The position numbers and the translations under genes are program-made. Under the pieces are notes generated by a model that had not been told where the DNA came from, searched no databases, and saw nothing but the letters and a program-made list of their open reading frames with translations. DNA of 42,191 nucleotides from Myxococcales bacterium (GTDB lineage: Bacteria > Myxococcota_A > Polyangia > Polyangiales > Polyangiaceae): positions 1 through 42,191 of the forward strand of contig JAYWGI010000096.1 in assembly GCA_043779025.1 (NCBI GenBank), in the 5' to 3' direction. Within the stretch, counting starts at the first letter, position 1; the number at the start of each line of letters is the position of its first letter. Positions 16,969-26,264 of this stretch are shown here, piece after piece.

Positions 16969-18477
16969 ATGAGCCGTCACCGCGCCGAAGCCCCCGCAGT
17001 TGCCTTTCCAACCAAAGACTTGGAGCCGATTTCCGCGCGTTCGTTCGAGCTAGAAGATCGCGGTCCGGCTTCGGTCCCCATGTCGGTGGGGCCTCGCAGC
17101 CGTATGCCCGCGAGCAAGGTTCTTGAGCTGTCGCCCTCAGAGGACGACGAGGTCGAGTCGCCATCGGAGAACGAGGGCCTCGCTCCTGAGAGCACGGTGG
17201 TTGTGCGCAGTACGCAAGCTTCGGAAGAGGGGGCGGACAACATGCTGTCTCGCTACTTCCGCGACATGTCGAATCACGACGTGATGACGCAAGAAGCCGA
17301 AGCGCAGCTCGCCAACTCGGTGGAGGATGCTGAGAGCAATCACTGGAGCACGCTGCTTAGCTACGAGTCTGAATCGGTTGCTTTGCTCAACTTCGTTGCT
17401 GGCGAGGCCGCCAAGCTTGCAGAGAGCACGGCCGTGCGCGGTTTGGCGGAGTTGACTGCGCTGTTCACCAAACGCGCTTCGGGAAAGAGTGTGCGTGCGA
17501 AGGACCTCGCAAATGAAAAAATCTGGCTGCGCGAGTTCGGTGAAGATGTGCGGCGATTGGATGTCGATCGTGAGTGGATGTACGCCGCGGCCCGTTTCGC
17601 CAAGACAGGCCGTCTTGATGGTCGCAGTTCCTCATTTGATAGCTCCGAAGACGAACAGACTTCTCGTAACGCTGTGAAGACTGAGACCGAGGACGATGAC
17701 CGTCCCAGCCTGCGTGTGGTGGATACTGCGCGTCTTGCATGGATTGCGCGCATTGACGAAAGCACCCGTGTGGTGCGCTCGGCCAAGGATCGCTTCGTGC
17801 GCGCCAACCTCCGTTTGGTCGTCTCCATCTCGCGTCGTTACAACCGTGGTCGCATGTCACTCATCGACATCATCCAGGAGGGAAACATCGGCCTTATGAA
17901 GGCGGTAGAGCGCTTCGATTACAAGAAGGGCTTCCGCTTCTCTACCTACGCGTCGTGGTGGATTCGTCACGCCATCAGCCGCGCCATGGCCGACAAAGGC
18001 CGCGCAGTCCGCGTCCCTGTGCACATGCTCGACTCGCACTACAAGGTACAGAAGATCACGTCCGCCATGCGCACTTTGGTGGGCCGCGCCCCTACGCTCG
18101 CTGAGCTTGCCGAGACCACGGGCTTGCCCGAGGACAAGCTGAGCAAGATGTTGCCTGGTGTGACGGAGACCCCGCTGTCGCTGGATCGCACGGTGGGCGA
18201 TGACGAAGGCTTACGCTTCATCGACTTCTTGGAAGACGAGAGCCCCTGCGACCCTTCGGAGCGCATGCAAAACGAGGCGTGGCGCTCGGAAGTGGAGCGT
18301 CTCATGGGCCAGCTCTCGCCGATGGAAAACCGTATCTTGCGTCTGCGTTTTGGTTTCGAGAATGAAACCGAGCTCACGCTGAAGGAGATCGGCGAGCAGT
18401 ACAACCTCTCCCGTGAACGCATCCGTCAACTTCAGGAGCAGGCGCTCGGGAAGATGCGCAAGCAGCTCGACGACTGA
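16969..18477 (+). CDS. RpoD-family (group 1/2-like) sigma-70 factor, 502 aa
   Basis: The ATG at 16969 has a GAGGAG RBS. The track start at 16846 would place the sigma-54 promoter inside the CDS. The region 1.2-like stretch is MLSRYFRDMSNHDVMTQEAE. Region 2 is IQEGNIGLMKAVERFDYKKGFRFSTYASWWIRHAISRAMAD. Region 3 is VRVPVHMLDSHYKV. Region 4.2 is TLKEIGEQYNLSRERIRQLQEQALGKMRK. Confidence 0.85.
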   Translation: MSRHRAEAPAVAFPTKDLEPISARSFELEDRGPASVPMSVGPRSRMPASKVLELSPSEDDEVESPSENEGLAPESTVVVRSTQASEEGADNMLSRYFRDMSNHDVMTQEAEAQLANSVEDAESNHWSTLLSYESESVALLNFVAGEAAKLAESTAVRGLAELTALFTKRASGKSVRAKDLANEKIWLREFGEDVRRLDVDREWMYAAARFAKTGRLDGRSSSFDSSEDEQTSRNAVKTETEDDDRPSLRVVDTARLAWIARIDESTRVVRSAKDRFVRANLRLVVSISRRYNRGRMSLIDIIQEGNIGLMKAVERFDYKKGFRFSTYASWWIRHAISRAMADKGRAVRVPVHMLDSHYKVQKITSAMRTLVGRAPTLAELAETTGLPEDKLSKMLPGVTETPLSLDRTVGDDEGLRFIDFLEDESPCDPSERMQNEAWRSEVERLMGQLSPMENRILRLRFGFENETELTLKEIGEQYNLSRERIRQLQEQALGKMRKQLDD

Positions 18478-18489
18478 TCCGATGCTCTG

Positions 18490-20049
18490 GTGAAACTTGC
18501 ACCCCCAAGTGCATTGTTTCCTCGCCTCAACAAGCCTCACGATGCCATTCTTGCATCGGTGAGGTTTTTGACTTTTCTGGCCGTGATGGTGTGTGTGTCT
18601 TGTATGCATTCGCGCACGGATACTCCGGCCATTGGTGCGAGCGATGCGGTCGAGATGTTGCTCACCACGGAGCCCGACACGGTGGACCCGCGTTACGCGA
18701 GCGATGCGATTTCGTCGCGGGCTTCCAGGTTGATCCATGCGGGGCTCTTCAAATTGGACCCGAAGACGTTTGAGCCGGCACCTGATGTGGCTCAAAGCTG
18801 GGTGCAAGAATCGCCTACCCGCGTGCGCGTGCTTTTGCGTTCTGACGCGACCTTCCACAGCGGGGCGCCTCTGACCTGCGAGGACGTACGGGCGACGTTA
18901 TCCGCCGTGGCGTCGCCGGAGACGCGTTCGCGTGCGGGGCAGGCGTTTCGGAATATTCTGGTCACATCCTGTGTTTCTCCTCATGAAGTGCTTCTGGAGC
19001 TGCGCGCGCCCCAAGCTTCGCTCCTGGCAGACTTGTGTTTTCCCGTCTTGCGCGCCGATCAAGCGGCTGCTGCCGCGTCGGACACACAAGATGGCTTGGG
19101 TCCCTATCGCGTGCGGTCCCGCGAGCTCGGCCTTTGGACACTTGAACCTGCGTTTCCCGGGCAGCCTGGCGCGCCTACGCGCGTCGTACGCTTGCGTGCG
19201 GTAGGAGACGAAAATGCGCGCGCGCTCCGGCTCTTGTCGGGGCGTGCCGACATTGCCTCAGGCGTGCTTTCGCCCATGCTCGCAGACGCGCTCGGGCGCC
19301 GTGGCATGCGTGTGCGCGAGACCGATGGTGTAAACCTCACCTATCTGGTCGCGCGTACGGACGCCGGCCCCTCTGCCGCGCGCGGGCTTCGCAGCTACCT
19401 GCGCACGCACACGCCGCGCGCGGAGATCATTGCGGGCATGCTTGCGGGCCACGCGCGCATCGCGGAGCAGATCTTACCGCCGCGCGTGTTGGCTCTTGCC
19501 GCTGAGCCTCAGCCTGGCCAGCCCGGCCAGCTCGGCCAGCCCGTGGCGCCAACCGAGGCCGCACACATCGCAGGCGCACATGCAGAGTTGCTGGTCGGAA
19601 CCGATCGCATGCGCGTGGCCATCGCGCGCGCCATGGCAGATGAGTGGGCCAAGGGCGGCGTGACGGTCGATGTGGTCCCCCTGGACCTCGGTGTGCTCTT
19701 GGGGCGCCTTAGTCGCGGCGAGTTCATGTTCGCCATGTTGCAACTGCCGGACCTTACCGAGCCCGGCCTACTTCGCACGTTGTTGCATTCCAAATCTTTA
19801 CCGCCCTACGGCATGAATCGGAGCCGCTACGCCAATGCGCGGGTGGACGCTTGGCTGGACGCGGCCGAGAGCGAGCTCAACCTCGTGCAGCGCCGGGCGC
19901 TCTACGCTCGTGTTGAGGAAGCTAATGCGCATGACTTGGCGTTGATGCCGCTCTGGCGGGAGCAACATGTCGCCGTGGTGTCTGAGCGCGCGCTCAGCTA
20001 CGCGCCCGGCGCGGATGGACATTGGGGGGCGCTATGCGATCTTCGGTAG
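18490..20049 (+). CDS. family-5 (OppA/DppA-like) ABC solute-binding protein, orphan
   Basis: ..TEPDTVDPRYASDAISSRASRLIHAGLFKLDP.TFEPAPDVAQSW.....TRVRVLLRSDATFHSGAPLTCEDV.. is typical of SBP_bac_5. A hydrophobic signal region FLTFLAVMVCVSC is present. The start is uncertain (GTG 18490, GTG 18559 or ATG 18586). No permease or ATPase genes are adjacent. Confidence 0.75.
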   Translation: MKLAPPSALFPRLNKPHDAILASVRFLTFLAVMVCVSCMHSRTDTPAIGASDAVEMLLTTEPDTVDPRYASDAISSRASRLIHAGLFKLDPKTFEPAPDVAQSWVQESPTRVRVLLRSDATFHSGAPLTCEDVRATLSAVASPETRSRAGQAFRNILVTSCVSPHEVLLELRAPQASLLADLCFPVLRADQAAAAASDTQDGLGPYRVRSRELGLWTLEPAFPGQPGAPTRVVRLRAVGDENARALRLLSGRADIASGVLSPMLADALGRRGMRVRETDGVNLTYLVARTDAGPSAARGLRSYLRTHTPRAEIIAGMLAGHARIAEQILPPRVLALAAEPQPGQPGQLGQPVAPTEAAHIAGAHAELLVGTDRMRVAIARAMADEWAKGGVTVDVVPLDLGVLLGRLSRGEFMFAMLQLPDLTEPGLLRTLLHSKSLPPYGMNRSRYANARVDAWLDAAESELNLVQRRALYARVEEANAHDLALMPLWREQHVAVVSERALSYAPGADGHWGALCDLR

Positions 20050-21926
20050 CGCTATCGTTACTCGCTCTCTCGGGTCTCGCCCCTCGCGCGGCGCTTGCAA
20101 GTAGCGTGGCCGTAGAGCGCTTGCCCGATTTGGCGCCCAAGCGCGGTGATGGTACGCAGCGCTGCAGCGTTGAGACGGCAGTCGACGTACTGGTGCCCAA
20201 GGACTGGTTTTTTTCACGCGAAAGCAATGTGTGTGAATTGCGAACCGCAGACCGTGAGTTCATCGCTCGCCTGGTGGTGGTGCCCGCTCAAAATGTCGCG
20301 GATGCGTTTCATCAGGCCTGGGAGATGGCCTGGCCGAACCGTGGTCAGGGAGCCTATCAGGTGCAAGAGGCGCAGGACCCGGAGCCCTATGATTCCGAGA
20401 CCACACGTCATTATGTTCTAGGCTCTGGCGGCTACCGCGAGCGCGCCGTGGTTCGCATGCATGGTGCACGCGCTTCGGTGCTGTTGGTGCGCGCAAGTGA
20501 TCGCGCGTGGGGCGCCGCGGACAGGTCGAGCATTGAGTTGCTGCGAGGGATGCACGCGTGGGGCCTCAAGGAGCCTGACTTGTCGCTGACGAAACTGCGG
20601 GCGCTCTCCGAAGATGACTGGACGGCAATGAGGCGCCTTGCGGTGCGTGCTGGTCGTGCGGCGGGCGCCTCGTCCGTGTCGTATTGCGTGGTTCGTCGCG
20701 GTGCTGCCGACCATTGCGAGACGGTGGGTACCGACGCCACGCCGCGCGAGCGATTCCCCCGCTACCTGATAGGCTCGCTGAGCAAGGTGCTCAGCACGGC
20801 GGCGCTGGACCTACAGAACGAGGGTGTGTGGACGCCTGCCCAGCGCGAGGGCTTTTGCGCTTGCTCAGGTCATTCGCGTCACGACATGCCGCTGCTCATC
20901 GGCGCGCCACCAGAGCTCTTTGCGCTGCGAAGCTATGCCCTCGATACGCCTGCAATCGCGCCCGTCGGAGAGCTTTATTCTTACAACAATGCGCTTTCTG
21001 CAATCACTGCCTACGAGGCAGCCGGAGCCGCAGAGCCAGGGAAGCCACTCGCTGAGGCCTATACGGCCTGGCTGCGTACCCGTCTACTCGGGCCGCTAGA
21101 TATGCAATCTACGTTGACCGATTGGTCGCCCACAACGTGGACGTCAAGCGCGCGTCCGCATGCGCCTGACATGTCCGGTGTGGTGCATGCCTTGCCCATG
21201 CTGACGGAGAGCTTCGCGCGCAGCATCATGCCTGCCGCTGGGATCGCGTCTACCGCGCCCGACCTGGCGCGGTATCTCCGTTTCGAGCTCGCCCTTCCGT
21301 GGGCATCGTCGTCGGGCGTTGGTCTTTCGACGCGCACGCCGGCGCGCAACTTCACACTGCGCGCACCTGGCGTCTCTGTCGATAGTCGATGGTCGTATGC
21401 TCTGGGCGTTATGGTAGGATCTCTGCGCGGCGTCTATTCGGTGCAGCATACAGGGGCCACATTGGGCTTCGGATCGATGCTCACCATGTTTCCCTCCAAG
21501 GGGCTGGGTCTTGTCGTACTCACGGATGTGCAACGCGGCGCCAACGTGGGCACGGTACTGCGGGATGAGCTTTTGGCGCGTAGTTTGGGCGGGCCACACG
21601 TGGGCCCCGCCGCCTTGCGCGCGCTCGCGCCCATGGCCAAAGTCGCACCCGGCACGCGCAGCTCGGGCTCCGACGTGCTCGCGTGGGCAGGAGCGTACGA
21701 TCACCCATTGGCGGGGCGCGTCTCGCTCCTCGTGCTCGGCGACGAGGTCATGTTGCGGACCCCCGGGCAGGGGGATCTGCGTTTGGGCGTCTGGCTCGAG
21801 CAGGGCCGTTACCGCTTGTACGCGCTCGATGGACCTTTTGCCGGGCTTTTGGTCGACGTCACCGCCGACGCCCTGGCCCTGCGCGGCGCGGATGCGGTCA
21901 GCACCGTTTTCGCGCGCATACACTGA
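20034..21926 (+). CDS. beta-lactamase-fold serine hydrolase with N-terminal unknown domain, secreted
   Basis: The ATG at 20034 gives the signal peptide [22 protein letters not shown]; the track start is a TTG at 20022. An SxxK motif lies in [15 protein letters not shown]. The gene overlaps the upstream SBP gene by 16 nt. Confidence 0.75.
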   Translation: MRSSVALSLLALSGLAPRAALASSVAVERLPDLAPKRGDGTQRCSVETAVDVLVPKDWFFSRESNVCELRTADREFIARLVVVPAQNVADAFHQAWEMAWPNRGQGAYQVQEAQDPEPYDSETTRHYVLGSGGYRERAVVRMHGARASVLLVRASDRAWGAADRSSIELLRGMHAWGLKEPDLSLTKLRALSEDDWTAMRRLAVRAGRAAGASSVSYCVVRRGAADHCETVGTDATPRERFPRYLIGSLSKVLSTAALDLQNEGVWTPAQREGFCACSGHSRHDMPLLIGAPPELFALRSYALDTPAIAPVGELYSYNNALSAITAYEAAGAAEPGKPLAEAYTAWLRTRLLGPLDMQSTLTDWSPTTWTSSARPHAPDMSGVVHALPMLTESFARSIMPAAGIASTAPDLARYLRFELALPWASSSGVGLSTRTPARNFTLRAPGVSVDSRWSYALGVMVGSLRGVYSVQHTGATLGFGSMLTMFPSKGLGLVVLTDVQRGANVGTVLRDELLARSLGGPHVGPAALRALAPMAKVAPGTRSSGSDVLAWAGAYDHPLAGRVSLLVLGDEVMLRTPGQGDLRLGVWLEQGRYRLYALDGPFAGLLVDVTADALALRGADAVSTVFARIH

Positions 21927-22015
21927 GCGTTGGCAATTTAGGACAGCGTTGTGATACCCGGTGCGTCCGTTCATGCAGGCACTTCGCCACCGCATTCGAC
22001 ACGGAGTATTCGCCC

Positions 22016-23680
22016 ATGCCACGAAAGTCGACCAAGTACATTTTGGTAACGGGTGGTGTGGTCTCGTCCATCGGAAAGGGCCTTGCAAGTGCCGCCGTGG
22101 GCGCCCTGCTCGAAGCGCGTGGCCTCAAGATTACGCACCTTAAACTAGACCCGTACATCAACGTCGACCCCGGGACGATGAGCCCCTACCAACACGGCGA
22201 AGTATTCGTCACCGACGACGGCGCCGAGACGGATTTGGACTTGGGGCACTACGAGCGATTCACGTCGGCCGTGCTGACACGCGCGAACAACATTACCAGC
22301 GGCAGAGTCTACCAAGCGGTCATTCAGAAAGAACGACGAGGCGAATACCTGGGTGCCACGGTACAAGTCATTCCTCACGTGACCGACGAAGTGAAGGCTC
22401 GTATCCACGCCGCGACCGCGGGCGCCGACGTGGCCATCCTTGAGGTTGGGGGCACCGTGGGAGACATCGAGTCGCTGCCGTTTCTCGAGGCGTTGCGACA
22501 ACTTAAGATCGAGCTCGGACCCTCAAACGCCATCAGCATGCACGTCACTTTGGTGCCGTACATCGAGACGGCCGGCGAGCTCAAGACGAAGCCCACACAG
22601 CATTCCGTCAAGGAAATGCGAGGCATTGGTATCCAGCCAGACGTGCTCCTGTGTAGAAGCAAAGAGGCGCTTACGGCGTCGACCAAAGCGAAGATTTCCT
22701 TGTTCTCCAACGTGCCAGTGGAGGCAGTGATCTCCGCAGTGGATGTAGGATGCATCTACGAACTGCCCCAGAAGTTGCATGATGAGGGATTAGACGCGCT
22801 GCTCTGCGAGCGCCTCAACATCTGGTCTAGGCAGCCAGATCTGTCGGCGTGGTCGCGGGTGGTTGAGCGCTTCAAGCGCCCCAGTGATCCCGTGGTGCGC
22901 ATTGGTGTGGTGGGCAAGTACGTGAACCTCAAGGACGCGTACAAATCTCTTCACGAGGCGCTCGTCCACGGGAGTCTCTCGGTAGGGCGCAGGGTTGAGC
23001 TGGAGTACATCGACTCCGAGGAAGTGGAGCGCCAAGGCGCGGACTCCTTGCTCTCCCATCTGGATGGCGTGCTGGTCCCAGGGGGCTTTGGCGATCGCGG
23101 GACCGAGGGAAAGATCTCGTCGATTCAGTATGCGCGCACCAACGCGATCCCCTTCTTCGGTATTTGCTTGGGCATGCAGATGGCCGTGGTGGAGTACGGC
23201 CGCAACGTTGCGGGCCTCGCGGGGGCCCACTCCAGTGAGTTCGTACAGGGCCTCAGACACCCCGTTGTCGATCTGATGGACGGCCAGAAAGACGTCGATG
23301 GAAAAGGCGGCACAATGCGACTAGGCGCGTTCCCGTGCGCGCTTAAGCCTGGCACGCGGGCCTTTGAGGCATATGGCATGGCGGACATCTCCGAGAGGCA
23401 TCGCCACCGGTACGAGGTCAACAACGCCTATCGCCCGCAGCTTGAACAAGCGGGCCTTACGTTCTCGGGCGTCTCGCCTGATGGCGCACTGGTGGAGATG
23501 GTTGAGCTCGCCGGGCACCCCTACTTTGTGGCGTGTCAGTTTCACCCGGAGTTCAAGAGCAAGCCGCTGGCACCGCATCCATTGTTTGTACACTTCGTCA
23601 AAGCGGCCACGGAGCGCAGCGATTTGCGGAAGCGCTTGGCCTCCGAGGCCAAGAAGAGCAGTACGGCCGTCTCGGTGTAG
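22016..23680 (+). CDS. pyrG: CTP synthase
   Basis: The start is [22 protein letters not shown] at ATG 22016. Other matches are ..[25 protein letters not shown].., the glutaminase GICLGMQ, and HRHRYEVN. The track ORF start at 21683 is a spurious 5' extension. Confidence 0.95.
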   Translation: MPRKSTKYILVTGGVVSSIGKGLASAAVGALLEARGLKITHLKLDPYINVDPGTMSPYQHGEVFVTDDGAETDLDLGHYERFTSAVLTRANNITSGRVYQAVIQKERRGEYLGATVQVIPHVTDEVKARIHAATAGADVAILEVGGTVGDIESLPFLEALRQLKIELGPSNAISMHVTLVPYIETAGELKTKPTQHSVKEMRGIGIQPDVLLCRSKEALTASTKAKISLFSNVPVEAVISAVDVGCIYELPQKLHDEGLDALLCERLNIWSRQPDLSAWSRVVERFKRPSDPVVRIGVVGKYVNLKDAYKSLHEALVHGSLSVGRRVELEYIDSEEVERQGADSLLSHLDGVLVPGGFGDRGTEGKISSIQYARTNAIPFFGICLGMQMAVVEYGRNVAGLAGAHSSEFVQGLRHPVVDLMDGQKDVDGKGGTMRLGAFPCALKPGTRAFEAYGMADISERHRHRYEVNNAYRPQLEQAGLTFSGVSPDGALVEMVELAGHPYFVACQFHPEFKSKPLAPHPLFVHFVKAATERSDLRKRLASEAKKSSTAVSV

Positions 23681-23747
23681 TCTGCGAGCACGGAGGCGCG
23701 GCACGTGCTTGCGGCATAGGCGCGCCTTCAGTACAACGAGCCCTACA

Positions 23748-24026
23748 ATGGCCACCAAACGCGTTCACCTCATCATTCGCGGTCGCGTTCAGGGCGTATT
23801 TTTTCGCGCAGCTGCGCAGCGGGAGGCTCGTCGTCTCGGCCTTACCGGGTGGACCAAGAACCGCCTCGACGGGTCCATCGAGGTGCTGGCCGAAGGTGAG
23901 GAGGACGCCGTGCGTGAGCTCACGCATTGGTCGCAGCACGGCCCATCGGTGGCGCGGGTGGACCACGTAGACGTGCGTTGGCGCGGCTACACGGGTGAAT
24001 TCTTCGAGTTCGCCACCATCGACTGA
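23748..24026 (+). CDS. acyP: acylphosphatase
   Basis: 92 aa. The sequence reads MATKRVHLIIRGRVQGVFFRAAAQREARRLGLTGWTKNRLDGSIEVLAEGEE, containing the acylphosphatase signature V.G.VQGV.FR. Confidence 0.85.
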   Translation: MATKRVHLIIRGRVQGVFFRAAAQREARRLGLTGWTKNRLDGSIEVLAEGEEDAVRELTHWSQHGPSVARVDHVDVRWRGYTGEFFEFATID

Positions 24027-24033
24027 AGGGGCC

Positions 24034-25131
24034 TCAAAACCCGCGCGCTCCGAGGTCGCGGGCGATGCCCCGGTAGAACGCTACGTGGTCGAAGCCCGTC
24101 CACACATCCGGCGCAAGCAGGAAGGGCTGTCCCACCTCTTGCAGGTGGTCGGCGCCAATGCAGCCCTGAAAGTTTCCGTGTTTGGCGGACTCTATGGTGA
24201 CCAGACCGTCCTGCAACGACGTTGCACCCGAGGAAACAACGGAAGCGCCCAGCACGAGCTGGGGATTCATGAAATCCGCGTAGGCGATGCGGCCTTCGTA
24301 GTGGCCTCCGCACGCGGCGCGAACGCCGCGCTGTTCATCAGCAAACCGCCAGCCTCCCGTGGCCTTGGAGACACCAGCCCAAGATGCATAGTACACGCGT
24401 GCATCGTCTGCCGTGGCCGCATTGAACGCAGCCGAATGCGCCACCGTAAGCGCCTCGGCGCCCGCACGCAAATCGGGGTTCTTCGCAAGCTCCGCGGAAG
24501 TCACAGCCAGCCCGAACGCGGTCGCCAAGCGATTGAATCCCGCTTCATTGAAACTCCGGTCGCTCCCCAAAAGGCCGAGCGCCGCGTCCGCCAACATAGA
24601 GCCGTGGTGTGGCGTGGAGATTGTCGTGAGCGACGCGACTCTGGCGCCATAGCCCAAGCGGCTGATGGCATAGCGCGCGTCTAGGCCGCCCATCGAGTGA
24701 GCGATGATGTTGACGCGCGTTGAGCGCGGGCAAGCCGCCACGCCGAACTTTCGCGCGGAACAAAAATCCGCGATCGCGCGATCGAGCTGAGGTGCCAGCG
24801 TTCCCGCGCGGGCTTCTACCGAAGCAAAGGGCTGCACTTCGGTCACCACCACAAAGTGACCGTCGCGCTCCAGCGCATCCTTCACACCGAAAAATGTCGT
24901 GACGCTCGCCTTCGACGCGCCGAAACCGTGTGCGAGGACAATAGGGCCACCCAGAGCCGCGGCGGTGCCCGGAAACGCGGAACCTTCGGACTGAAGTGTG
25001 TCTTCAAACTCGGCATTCAAACCGCATGAGCCTGCGCCCAAGGAGATGCCAAAACATGCGATCAGGCACGCGACCGCGCGTGTGAGTGGGGTGCAACAAC
25101 GACGACAATTCGCGGAGCCAATGTCAGACAT
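24034..25131 (-). CDS. secreted alpha/beta-hydrolase, triacylglycerol-lipase-like
   Basis: 365 aa. The N-terminal hydrophobic/Cys signal region is ..AVACLIACFGISLGAGSC. An oxyanion-type PIVLAHGF is present, and the nucleophile elbow is IIAHSMGGLDARY. It is convergent with acyP, with a 7-nt gap. Confidence 0.8.
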   Translation of the reverse strand: MSDIGSANCRRCCTPLTRAVACLIACFGISLGAGSCGLNAEFEDTLQSEGSAFPGTAAALGGPIVLAHGFGASKASVTTFFGVKDALERDGHFVVVTEVQPFASVEARAGTLAPQLDRAIADFCSARKFGVAACPRSTRVNIIAHSMGGLDARYAISRLGYGARVASLTTISTPHHGSMLADAALGLLGSDRSFNEAGFNRLATAFGLAVTSAELAKNPDLRAGAEALTVAHSAAFNAATADDARVYYASWAGVSKATGGWRFADEQRGVRAACGGHYEGRIAYADFMNPQLVLGASVVSSGATSLQDGLVTIESAKHGNFQGCIGADHLQEVGQPFLLAPDVWTGFDHVAFYRGIARDLGARGF

Positions 25132-25196
25132 TCCGGTGTCTTAGCTGCATTTGTTCAATATGCAACGTTCGCCCTAAGGGCGACAACAACCTCAAG

Positions 25197-25760
25197 TCAG
25201 ACTGCGGCCGCCGGACGTCGCTTCGGCGCTTTGGCGAGCCTTGCAGCCTTCGTCGACGCAATGCCAGAGATTGGCTTGCTCGGCGCGCGGGCGCCCGAGT
25301 TCGGCGTGCGCGCGACGTCGACCTTCCCGCCATCGAGGGCAGGGATGTCGTCCTCAATGCCGAGACGAACAATGAGATGATCAACGAACGCCGCAGGAAT
25401 CCAAACGCCCTGATCGAACGGAGTGTGCTCCAAGATTTCCAAATCCTGCTCCAAATCCTTGAGCCGCTCCAGCTCCGCCCGAACAAGTCGCTTTCGGTTC
25501 TGGACCTCGTTCGCCAGCCACGTTTTGCGCTCTTTGATTGGCATGTCTCGTGTCTTGATCACGAATCGCGCGATCTCAGCAAGCGACAGGCCCAAGCCTT
25601 GCGCCCAACCAATGATCACCAACATTCGTTGGTCGGCAGGGCCGAACACGCGATGCCCGGCTGCGTTCCGTGACGCTGCGGGAAGTACGTTTGCACGCTC
25701 ATAGAAGCGAACAGTTTCGACGGATATTCCTGCTTTGGCTGCTACTTCACGTATTCGCAT
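25197..25760 (-). CDS. MerR-family transcriptional regulator
   Basis: 187 aa. The N-terminal HTH is MRIREVAAKAGISVETVRFYERANVLP...GHRVF. The protein has a coiled-coil middle and a basic Ala/Lys/Arg tail. Confidence 0.85.
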   Translation of the reverse strand: MRIREVAAKAGISVETVRFYERANVLPAASRNAAGHRVFGPADQRMLVIIGWAQGLGLSLAEIARFVIKTRDMPIKERKTWLANEVQNRKRLVRAELERLKDLEQDLEILEHTPFDQGVWIPAAFVDHLIVRLGIEDDIPALDGGKVDVARTPNSGARAPSKPISGIASTKAARLAKAPKRRPAAAV

Positions 25761-25800
25761 AAGGCCCTCATTTCTCTGCTTGATCTATAAAAACTGTGAC

Positions 25801-26189
25801 TCAGAATCCGGGGCGCGCCAGGTCGACCACAAGATTTCTGAAGAACACGATGTGGTCAAAACCCCGGTGTAGTGATCGGATTGGGTTTTGCTTCGCTGCC
25901 CGACTTCTTGCATGTGGTCTGCAGGGATGCACCCCATGCCCTTACCGTGTTTGCTACTTGCTCCAGTGTTCATCTCGTCCTGAAGTTCGGAGTCAAAGTG
26001 GCCAACGATTTCGGCAAGGTGTGTCATGAACCCACCTGTAGCCATCGAGGCGCGCGCGGAATCCAAAGCCCTGGTGGACGGGCCCGTCTTTGGCTGGCTC
26101 AACCCAACGCTTGCAATGCGCCCGACGGTCAGGTAACTACGCCAACCCGCTCCGTTCTTGGAGCGCGACATGGCTTGGGCTTGGTTCCA
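25801..26189 (-). pseudogene. 5'-truncated, frameshifted remnant of a lipase paralogous to 24034..25131
   Basis: Frame A (the tail of track ORF 25785..26639) reads ..DWNQAQAMSRSKNGAGWR...FMTHLAEIVGHFDSELQDEMNTGASSKHGKGMGCIPADHMQEVGQRSKTQSDHYTG. A second frame continues GFDHIVFFRNLVVDLARPGF* with its stop at 25801-25803. The intact lipase reads ..SWAGVSKATGGWR...FMNPQLVLG..SLQDGLVTIESAKHGNFQGCIGADHLQEVGQPFLLAPDVWTGFDHVAFYRGIARDLGARGF*. The frame change lies in the G4T4 run (plus strand 25858-25865). The catalytic N-terminal two thirds are absent. Confidence 0.55.
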
Positions 26190-26264
26190 ATCACCATGTC
26201 CCCGCGAAGAAGCACCTCCGAAGGGTGCGTAAAACGGTTCGAAAACCAACGAAAAGAGAAGAAA

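Noticed and set aside
21683-22015. 111-codon extension upstream of pyrG (track ORF 21683..23680)
   Set aside because: CTP synthases start at M..KYI.VTGGV, found here at 22016. The extension overlaps the 3' end of the hydrolase gene (ending at 21926) and is Arg-rich junk.
25132-25196. Hairpin TCGCCC-TAA-GGGCGA and TGCAT-N9-ATGCA between merR and the lipase as a terminator or MerR operator
   Set aside because: No U-tract follows the hairpin on the transcribed (minus) strand. The inverted repeats are short (5-6 bp). I cannot distinguish an operator, an attenuator or chance, so it is not reported as a feature.
25872-26264. 131-codon extension upstream of rpsD (track ORF 25872..26897)
   Set aside because: S4 begins MARYTGP at 26265. 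The extension is antisense to the lipase remnant and has no ribosomal-protein similarity.
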